64,000 nucleotides of DNA from an uncultured Acidobacteriaceae bacterium (GTDB taxonomy: Bacteria > Acidobacteriota > Terriglobia > Terriglobales > Acidobacteriaceae). Below the pieces are notes generated by a model, which made no database searches, was not told the origin of the DNA, and worked only from the letters and a program-made list of their open reading frames with translations. Each line of letters opens with the position of its first letter. Within the stretch, counting starts at the first letter, position 1. The position numbers were made by a program, and so were the translations under genes. Shown piece by piece: positions 53,748 through 61,026 of this stretch. The stretch spans positions 68,241 through 132,240 of the forward strand of contig CAVZVM010000010.1 of the NCBI GenBank assembly GCA_963778705.1, written 5' to 3'.

Positions 53748-56700
53748 ATGCCCGCCCTCAACCTCAAGCCCTCGCACAAACCGGTCAAGGACTACTACGC
53801 CAACCTCGAGCGCTTCGCGCAGGGCCGTTTCGACAAAGAAGGGAACATCCGCGGCGTCTTTGAAGCCCTCCTCAAGCACTGCGCCCGCCAATACGACTGG
53901 ACCCTCGTCCCCGAGTACTCCATTCCCCGCAAAGGCCGCAACCCCCTCAGCGTCGACGGCGCTCTCCTCGACGCCTTCAATCTTCCCCGTGGCTACTGGG
54001 AAGCCAAAGACGAAAAGGACTCCCTCGAAGTCGAGATGAAGAAGAAGTTCGAGGCCGGTTATCCCCGCTCCAACATCCTCTTCCAGCGCCCCACCAGGGC
54101 CCTCCTCTTTCAGGATGGCCGCATCGCATTCAACGACTCCATCGAAGAGCCGGAAAAACTCGTCGAAGTCCTCCGCCTCTTCTTCGAGTGGCGTCAGCCC
54201 GACCACGAAAGTTGGGACCGCGCCGTGTCGGAATTTGCAGACCGCATCCCCGACATCGCCAAAGGCGCAATGAAGCTCATCGATGAGGAGCGCAGGAAAA
54301 AGGGCGAATTTGTCGAGCGTTTCGCCGCCTTTGCCGACCTGTGCCGCGAGTCCATCAACCCCGATCTCAAAGACGAGGCCGTCGAGGAGATGCTCGTCCA
54401 GCACCTCCTCACCGAGCGCATTTTCCGCCGCATCTTCGACAATCCCGAATTCACCCGCCGCAACATCATCGCCGCCGAAATCGAGAAGGTCATCGACTCC
54501 CTCACCAGGCGCCACTTCAGCCGCGATGCCTTCCTCCGCGATCTCGACCCGTTCTACAAGGCGATAGAAGAGGCCGCCTCCACCACCGAGAGCTACTCAC
54601 AAAAGCAGGCATTTCTCAACAGCGTCTACGAGCGCTTCTTCCAGGGATTCGACCGCAAGCAGGCCGATACCCACGGCATCGTCTACACGCCGCAGCCCAT
54701 CGTCGACTTCATGGTGCGCAGCGTCGAAGAGATTCTCAAGTCCGAGTTCGGACGCAGCCTCAGCGACAAAGACGTCCATATCCTCGACCCCTTCGTCGGT
54801 ACCGGCAACTTCATCACCCGCGTCATGCAGGAGATCAAAACCAGCCGCCTGTCGCAAAAGTACAGAGAGGAACTGCACTGCAACGAGGTCATGCTGCTGC
54901 CCTACTACATCGCCAGCATGAATATCGAACACGCCTACCTTGACCGCACCGCAGAATACGAGCCCTTCGAAGGCATCTGCCTCGCAGACACTTTCGACAT
55001 GAGATCGCAGGCCACGATGTTTGCCGAAACAAACACGTTGCGAATCCGTCGCCAGCGCCTACAGCCGATTTTCGTGGTAATCGGCAATCCACCGTACAAC
55101 GTCGGTCAGGAAGACGAGAACGACAACAACAAAAATCGACGGTACGTGCAGGATGGCGGAGTCGACTTGCGAGTCGCAGAGACCTACGGCAAGTCGTCAT
55201 CGGCCGTAAACACCAGAGCTCTCGGAGATCCCTACATCAAAGCCTTCCGATGGGCCTCTGATCGAGTTAGCAGGTACGGGGTTGTTGCTTTCGTAAGCAA
55301 TAGTGGATTCCTAGACGGCCTTGCGACAGATGGTGTGCGTATGCACCTGCAACGCGACTTCGATGAGGTTTACATTCTCGACCTCGGCGGCAACGTCCGG
55401 AGGAACCCCAAGCTCTCGGGAACTACGCACAATGTCTTTGGAATCCAAGTCGGCGTCAGTATCAACATTTTCATCCGAAGAGACGTACCGGCAGAAAAGA
55501 GACAATCCAAGATCTTTTACGCCAGAACCGAAGAGTTCTGGACCCGCGGCCAGAAGGAATCATTCCTTGCAGAATCTCAGGCGATCTCCCGCATCCGTTG
55601 GTCTCGGATTGAACCGGATGCGAGGAACAACTGGCTAAGCGTGAGTGACGGTTCGGGTTTCTCAAATCTCATGCAGATCGCAGATGCAAAGGTTAAGAGC
55701 GGAGCCACACAGGACCGAGCAGTTTTCCAAGACTACAGCCGAGGAGCGGAAACAACTCGGGATGCATGGAATTACAACTTCTCAAGCACGACCCTCGGAG
55801 AGAACGCCCAGAGATTCATCTCGTTCTACAACTCCGAGCTTCGGCGGTGGCGTAAGAACAGAGCACCGGGCGACCGCATCGACTCGTTTCTGAGCCCGGA
55901 TCCCGCGAAGATTAAATGGTGTAGCAAGCTGAAGCAGTTGCTCGCAGCGGGCGTTGAGCTCACCTACGATGCAAAAGAAATTAGAAGAGCGATCTATCGC
56001 CCCTTCACATGCATGTCCCTCTACTTCGAGGACGGAGCGACCCACAGGAGAGGACGACTACCCCATTTCCTGCCAACGCAGAAGAGCGAAAAAGAAAACT
56101 GTCTGATTTGGGTTAAGGTGGGCTCCGACTGGCCGATGTTCGCGCTGGCAGCGGATCAAATTCCCGATCTGTTGCCTCAAGGCGGCTCACAGTGCTTTCC
56201 CCTCTACACCTACGACGAAGACGGCTCCAACCGCCGTGAAAACATCACCGATTGGGCGCTCGCCGAGTTCCGCTCCCACTATGGCAAGCAATCTATTACG
56301 AAGCTCGACATCTTCCACTACACCTACGCCCTGCTCCACCACCCCGAGTACCGCACCCGCTACGCTGCCAACCTCAAACGTGAACTGCCGCGCATTCCAT
56401 TCGCGCCCGATTTCACGGCCTACACCCGCATCGGCGCAGCAGCTGATGAAACTCCACATTGAATATGAGAAGCAGCCCGAGTATCGCTTGCAGAGGACCG
56501 AAACCGGCAAACTCGATTGGCGCGTCGAGAGCATGAAGCTCTCCAAAGACAAAACCCAGCTCCGCTACAACAGCTTCCTCACCTTGAGCGGCATCCCGCC
56601 AGAGGTCTACGAATATCGTCTTGGCAATCGCAGCGCCCTCGAATGGGTGATCGATCAATATCGCGTCTCAACCGACAAGCGCTCCGGCATCGTCAACGAC

Positions 56701-56841
56701 CCCAACCGCGCCGACGATCCCGAATACATCGTCCGCCTCATCGGCCAGGTCGTCACCGTCTCCCTCGAAACCGTCCGCCTCGTCCGCGAACTCGCCAAGC
56801 TCCCTCTGTTGGAAAACTCCCCTGCAGACCCACCGGTATGA
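53748..56841 (+). pseudogene. single-chain Type IIG-like restriction-modification enzyme (PD-ExK-like N-domain + gamma N6-adenine methyltransferase + Type ISP-like C-terminal specificity region), frameshifted near C-terminus
   Basis: N-terminal VDGAL...x13...YWEAKD (D...ExK). Methylase motif I is LDPFVGTGNF and motif IV is GNPPY (about 55085-55096). No Walker A or helicase motifs. ORF 53748..56462 continues in ORF 56236..56841 (+1 shift near 56425-56440: ...YTRIG-QQLMKLHIEYEKQPEY...). Confidence 0.8.
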
Positions 56842-56888
56842 ATCGGCTCTGAGGCTCGATCCGCACGACTCCATACTCTAAGTGCCGA

Positions 56889-56945
56889 AACGCCCCGGCG
56901 GGGCGTTGGGAATATAGCCCAGGACAAGCGAAGCGCAGTCCTGGG
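56889..56945. repeat. two perfect GC-rich hairpins downstream of the RM gene (possible terminator / REP-like element)
   Basis: AACGCCCC-GGC-GGGGCGTT at about 56889-56907 and CCCAGGAC-12 nt-GTCCTGGG at about 56918-56945. The hairpins are not followed by a clear T-run on the + strand. Confidence 0.4.
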
Positions 56946-57188
56946 AAGCAGATATAAGAGGGACCGCCGCCCCGTAGGGCGCGGCAGGAACGGGGTTCCT
57001 CAGCGCGAGCAACAGCGCGCCACGCCTGCTGGAATTGCTCCCTCTGAAACGCCCCGCTGCCTGGACGGCCAGTCCTTGCGAAGAATTACCCCTCTTTGGC
57101 GCATCATGGGGATATGAGGTTCTCCCGCCGCGCTTTCCGACTCCGTCGAGCGAACCCAACGGCAGTCCGTATGGTGGTCTGACCTCTG

Positions 57189-57211
57189 ACCCCACCCCCC
57201 TCCCCGTTTGC
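57189..57211. repeat. C-rich outer inverted repeat, left copy (ACCCCACCCCCCTCCCCGTTTGC)
   Basis: 19/23 identical to the reverse complement of 60116-60138. The sequence is low-complexity, so significance is modest. Confidence 0.3.
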
Positions 57212-57217
57212 AAAGTA

Positions 57218-57236
57218 GGGCAATTATATAGTTGAC
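57218..57236. repeat. AT-rich near-palindromic motif GGGCAATTATATAGTTGAC, left copy
   Basis: Matches GGCAAGTATATATTTGCCC at 59865-59883 (15/19 direct, 16/19 as an inverted repeat). Both copies lie just upstream of inward-facing genes. Confidence 0.35.
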
Positions 57237-57260
57237 AAATCAAGCTACACATCCTATTCT
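57232..57260 (+). promoter_or_regulatory. sigma70-like promoter for the transposase (TTGACA-17 nt-TATTCT), likely leaderless
   Basis: TTGACA at 57232-57237 and TATTCT at 57255-57260. The ATG lies 6 nt downstream of the -10 element. Confidence 0.3.
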
Positions 57261-57266
57261 TAACAC

Positions 57267-58231
57267 ATGAAAGCACCTAAGACTCTTCAAGATGCCATCA
57301 TTTACTTCTCGGATGCGGATAACTGCCTTCGCTATATGGTGGATCACCGCTGGCCCGAAGGCGTCGTATGCCCTACCTGTGGCCGCGATGATGTGACCTA
57401 TCTGGAGAGCCAGAAGAAATGGCAGTGCAAGAGCGCCACGCGAAACGGCAATTCACCGCGAAGGTCGGAACCATCTTCGAGGATTCCCCTCTGGGCCTTG
57501 AGAAGTGGCTTCCCGCTGTGTGGCTCATTGCGACCGCAAAGAACGGAATCAGCTCCTACGAGATCGCTCGCGTCTTTGGGCGTCACTCAGAAGACTGCTT
57601 GGTTCATGCTTCACCGCATCCGGCTTGCCATGCAGACGGTTCCTGATGAAGCTCGGCGGCAATGGTGGCGAAGTCGAAGTAGACGAAACCTTCATCGGCG
57701 GCAAGGCCCGCAACATGCACATGAGCATGAACGCGATCGCCGGATCACCGGCACTGGCGGCAAAGACAAGACCGCTGTCATGGGCATTCTGGAGCGCGGC
57801 GGACGAAGTTCGCGCCAGGTGGTTCCCGACCGCGGAAAGAGACCTGTGCAACCCGAAGTTCGCAAGCATGTCGAGGCTGGCGCGGCGCTCTACACCGATG
57901 CACTGCATGTCCTACAAGGACTGGACAACGAGTACATCCACCAAGTCATCGATCACGCCGTGCGATACGTGAACGGACGCGTTCACACCAACGGCATGGA
58001 GAACTTCTGGTCGCTGCTCAAGCGCGGATCTAAATGGCACCTATGTGAGCGTCGAACCGTTTCATCTTTTCCGTTACCTCGATGAGCAAATATTCCGTTA
58101 CAACAACCGCGCCACCAAAGACAACCCGTTGAACGATCCTGACCGTTTCTCCGCCGTCGCTATCCCAAGTGACTGGAAAGCGCCTCACCTATGCCGAGGT
58201 CACCGGCAAGGTGGGAGAAACGATTAACTAA
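57267..58231 (+). mobile_element. IS1595-family (ISXO2-like) transposase, multiply frameshifted pseudogene
   Basis: N-terminal zinc ribbon CPTCG...C. GTIFEDSPLGLEKWLPAVWLIATAKNGISSYEIAR, VTQKTAWFMLHRIR, EVDETFIGGK, VHTNGMENFWSLLKRG and FRYNNR are spread over all three frames with at least 6 shifts, both +1 and -1. The reconstructed stop is at about 58229-58231. Confidence 0.85.
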
Positions 58232-58521
58232 TCCTTCGCGGCGGAAGCGGGGGCGGAAACCTCAAATTGAAGGTTGAACCCAGCATTCGGCAACAATCCC
58301 TTAAGCTCCTCCATACCTTTCATGAAGTTGGTGATCGTCAGTTCGTAGGTTCCCCCTTCAAAGCGAACCCACGGTTTACCGCACTTCGGGCATTTGAACA
58401 GGGAATAAGCCAGATTTGAAGCCAAGGGCAGCGAGAGCGAGGCTCCGCACTCCTTGCAGTCGCAACGAACTGACAGTATGTCCGACATTTCGATGTAATG
58501 TTTCGTCTGGCTCGTCATCAT
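58228..58521 (-). CDS. hypothetical zinc-ribbon protein (97 aa; CDCKEC...CPKC)
   Basis: Last gene of the overlap-coupled operon, with an ATGA overlap to the upstream gene. Two Cys pairs are present. Its stop abuts or overlaps the transposase stop. Confidence 0.55.
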   Translation of the reverse strand: MMTSQTKHYIEMSDILSVRCDCKECGASLSLPLASNLAYSLFKCPKCGKPWVRFEGGTYELTITNFMKGMEELKGLLPNAGFNLQFEVSAPASAAKD

Positions 58522-58814
58522 GCCACGCTCTTTCCCGACTTCGATAGAAGCACGATGCCGCCTATTAAGACAATGCAGGCAACGATTCCGAGCATCGCGT
58601 CGTATCGTTCCGCAGATTCGATCTCCTTTGCGTGCATCAGGGCTGCATGGGCGGCTGGGAAGTCTGTCCCTGCGTTGATGTCATTCATCCTGTTCTCAAA
58701 CGCTATAGCCTCTTGGTTCACGCGCCTATCTGATTCGTTTTGCAAATAGTCACGCCCAACCCACGCCCCTACGACGAGAGCCAAAAGCAACGCCAATATG
58801 CCACCTATTTTCAC
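58518..58814 (-). CDS. hypothetical small membrane protein (98 aa, N- and C-terminal TM helices)
   Basis: Hydrophobic segments IGGILALLLALVVGAWV and LGIVACIVLIGGIVLL flank a polar loop of about 50 aa. ATGA overlaps on both sides. Confidence 0.55.
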   Translation of the reverse strand: MKIGGILALLLALVVGAWVGRDYLQNESDRRVNQEAIAFENRMNDINAGTDFPAAHAALMHAKEIESAERYDAMLGIVACIVLIGGIVLLSKSGKSVA

Positions 58815-58996
58815 GATTGAGGCCTCGGCTGTCCTTCAGCGGGCTTTCTCCCCCGCTTGCGTTCGCCTCGCGCCTCGCGCTCCGCCTTGCTCGTCTCTAT
58901 CTCCGCATCCACTTCCGCTTTCACCTTCGCTGGATCGGCGCGGAGAATCGTACTCATTGCCTTGTCGAACGTGGAATATTCATTCGACCTTCTCAT
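58811..58996 (-). CDS. hypothetical highly charged 61-aa protein
   Basis: Start chosen at MRRSNEY, giving an ATGA overlap with the DUF3800 stop. Lys/Arg/Glu-rich C-terminal tail (KAEREARGERKRGRKP). Confidence 0.45.
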   Translation of the reverse strand: MRRSNEYSTFDKAMSTILRADPAKVKAEVDAEIETSKAEREARGERKRGRKPAEGQPRPQS

Positions 58997-59829
58997 AGCC
59001 TTCGCGCGATTCGCGCCTCCTCGCATATGATTTTCATTCCAGCCTCGGTTATAAGCGCCTTCTCCAATGGAATACCGACGAGCGCCCCAAACGAAGCGCG
59101 AAAGTCCCGGTCGCCTCTCTTTATCAGTTCCATGTCTACCGCCAGTTTCCGTGCTTCATATGCCAAGTAGTCGGCGGCTTGAAGTTGGATCAGACCCTTA
59201 CGCCCATCTGGCCACTTATTGCAGGGCTTCATATCTCTACTTGGCTTAAATGACGGGTCTGGAAGACTCGAAGGCCTGGCGGTCATTGCCTTAATTAGAC
59301 CTCCTTTGTCTGGCCCTCCATCTTCAAAGACATACTCCATGTCGAGAGGCATCGTTGTCTTCCTGCGCCAAGTATTAGCCAATGCAACGCACAAACGTCC
59401 CGCCAGCGCATAGGGGCTACTGAAAACATCTCGAACTCGATATTTTGTATCCACCAAATCGAAAATCTCGTGAACCACCATCGAGATAAACATGCACTGA
59501 GTCGTCGCTTTTATGATTTCTGCAGCATCTCGCATGAAACTTGCCCGCGTCGCGCTCATCCGCTCGTCTGCCCACTTGGCGAAAGGACCTTTTGACTGCG
59601 AATACTCCTTCATGTGGAAATAAGGCACGTCGTATTTCGCGAGGAATATCTTCCAATCAAATTCGAATCGTTCCCACTGATTTACCGAAGCGACGAATCC
59701 GCAAACACAAGTCAGACCCAAATGGTCGCCTCCCGACTCGTCAAAATAGCAGGTCAACATGGCGAAGCGTGCCTCAGTGGAATAGCTCCTTCCGAGGAGC
59801 GCGCGGGCAAGATGCTGCAATACGCTCAC
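58993..59829 (-). CDS. DUF3800 domain-containing protein
   Basis: CYFDESGG near the N-terminus and LQAADYLAYE near the C-terminus match DUF3800 hallmarks recalled from memory. The start is either the GTG at 59829 or the ATG at 59760. Confidence 0.7.
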   Translation of the reverse strand: MSVLQHLARALLGRSYSTEARFAMLTCYFDESGGDHLGLTCVCGFVASVNQWERFEFDWKIFLAKYDVPYFHMKEYSQSKGPFAKWADERMSATRASFMRDAAEIIKATTQCMFISMVVHEIFDLVDTKYRVRDVFSSPYALAGRLCVALANTWRRKTTMPLDMEYVFEDGGPDKGGLIKAMTARPSSLPDPSFKPSRDMKPCNKWPDGRKGLIQLQAADYLAYEARKLAVDMELIKRGDRDFRASFGALVGIPLEKALITEAGMKIICEEARIARRL

Positions 59830-59864
59830 CGCTCACCCCCATCATGCGCTGACAGGGTTGATTC

Positions 59865-59883
59865 GGCAAGTATATATTTGCCC
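59865..59883. repeat. AT-rich palindromic motif GGCAAGTATATATTTGCCC, right copy
   Basis: GGCAA-N9-TTGCC palindrome, about 35 nt upstream of the DUF3800 ORF. Partner of the motif at 57218-57236. Confidence 0.35.
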
Positions 59884-59925
59884 AAAGTAGTCAATAACCA
59901 TCGTGCGCAAACTTCCTCGCGCCTT

Positions 59926-60114
59926 GCAGAATATTTCGCTGTGAGCGATGCGTCTCGCCGACACATCCGCGAATCTCTGCAATTGCCAGACGCTGGCGGA
60001 CGGCTGAAACCTGCTAAGTCCTGTGCCGAGAGATATTTCGCCATAAGCGGCTGATTCCATTAAGGTTATCGTAAGTTACTGATAAACTAAGTCCAATGGG
60101 CAGAGATATTTAGC
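59926..60114. repeat. three direct copies of a 14-15-nt motif (GCAGA[G]ATATTT[C/A]GC)
   Basis: Copies at about 59926-59939 (GCAGAATATTTCGC), 60027-60041 (CGAGAGATATTTCGC) and 60100-60114 (GCAGAGATATTTAGC). All lie in the non-coding stretch upstream of the operon. Confidence 0.45.
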
Positions 60115-60115
60115 A

Positions 60116-60138
60116 GAAAACGGGGTGGGGGAGGGGGT
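60116..60138. repeat. G-rich outer inverted repeat, right copy (GAAAACGGGGTGGGGGAGGGGGT)
   Basis: Its reverse complement matches 57189-57211 at 19/23 positions. The adjacent GGGGGTACCCCC palindrome may also act as the cox3 terminator. Confidence 0.3.
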
Positions 60139-60169
60139 ACCCCCGCGAGACGGACCGAACCTCAGGCGC

Positions 60170-60934
60170 TCATTGCCCGACCGCAAGCACCGCCAGCAGC
60201 ACCATCCACGCCAGTCCCATGGTGTGCCAGTACCAGGCCGTCGCATCCACGGCAATCTGCCGCAACTCCACACGCTTGAAGAGATTGACCGCTGTCAGGC
60301 AAACAATCAGCGCCCCAATGCCGACGACAAGATGCGCCGCGTGCAATCCCGTAATGATGTAAAAGAAATAGCTCGCCGGCGTCGACCACCGATCGAAGGC
60401 AAATCCCTGCGCCGTCAGCTGCTTCCATGCCGTCCACTGGCCGACGAGAAAGAGCGTGCCGAGCGCCAGCGTTCCGCCAACCCACGGCAGCGTACGCCGC
60501 AGCGCTGGCTTGCCCAACCCGAGCCACTCTTCCATCACATCGATTTCCCTGAAGATGTTGTGCCGCGCGAACTCCATCGTCAAACTGCTCAGCACCAGCA
60601 CAGCAGTATTAAGGAAGATGATGGGCGGCAACAGGATGGGGCGCCAGTCGCCGATCTGCTCATGCGATCGCGGATCCAGATGCGTTCCGGCCTGCCGTGC
60701 GAAAAACAGCACCACCAGCATGGCAAAAAACATCATGTCGCCGGCGAGCCCGAAGAACACAAAGAATCGAATGCGATGAAGCAGTTCGCGCGGACCGCGT
60801 CGCGCATGTCTCCAATCGTCGTCGCCGCCACCGCCACCGCCGCCCGTCGGTCGCCGGTCAACAGGCGGTTTCCCGCCGATTCCTGGTTCCTTCCGTTCCG
60901 TTTCCGCCGGGGAGTGCGTAAAGGTCGCGGGCAT
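60170..60934 (-). CDS. cytochrome c oxidase subunit III family protein
   Basis: Start set at MPATFTH. TM pattern and YWHTMGLAWMVL / ITGLHAAHLVVG motifs fit heme-copper oxidase subunit III. An N-terminal G7 tract is present. Confidence 0.85.
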   Translation of the reverse strand: MPATFTHSPAETERKEPGIGGKPPVDRRPTGGGGGGGDDDWRHARRGPRELLHRIRFFVFFGLAGDMMFFAMLVVLFFARQAGTHLDPRSHEQIGDWRPILLPPIIFLNTAVLVLSSLTMEFARHNIFREIDVMEEWLGLGKPALRRTLPWVGGTLALGTLFLVGQWTAWKQLTAQGFAFDRWSTPASYFFYIITGLHAAHLVVGIGALIVCLTAVNLFKRVELRQIAVDATAWYWHTMGLAWMVLLAVLAVGQ

Positions 60935-61026
60935 CACAAGCCTCTGTGAGGAAGAGCATACTCCACTTTCCCTTGGACGCACGGCGCAAGAAGCGGTTGC
61001 TCCTCACTTAAAGGGTTGGAAATCTC

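Noticed and set aside
56878-57276. 132-aa minus-strand ORF between the RM gene and the IS
   Set aside because: It is encoded entirely by hairpin and repeat DNA, has no RBS or start context, and its peptide resembles the junk translations of dispersed palindromic repeats.
57267-58231. Programmed ribosomal frameshifting in the IS transposase
   Set aside because: At least six frame changes of both signs are scattered across about 950 nt, and there is no slippery-site logic. IS1595-family transposases are normally a single ORF. The gene is interpreted as decayed or error-laden.
59926-60114. Possible mini-CRISPR array or CRISPR leader
   Set aside because: Only three short (14-15 nt) imperfect repeats are present, with unequal spacing of 101 and 73 nt. 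There are no cas genes, and the repeat length is far below CRISPR repeats.
60121-60145. G-quadruplex or intrinsic terminator at GGGGTGGGGGAGGGGGTACCCCC
   Set aside because: Only three clean G-runs lie on one strand. The GGGGGTACCCCC palindrome has essentially no loop and only a weak T-tract. The sequence is kept only as a repeat or boundary marker.
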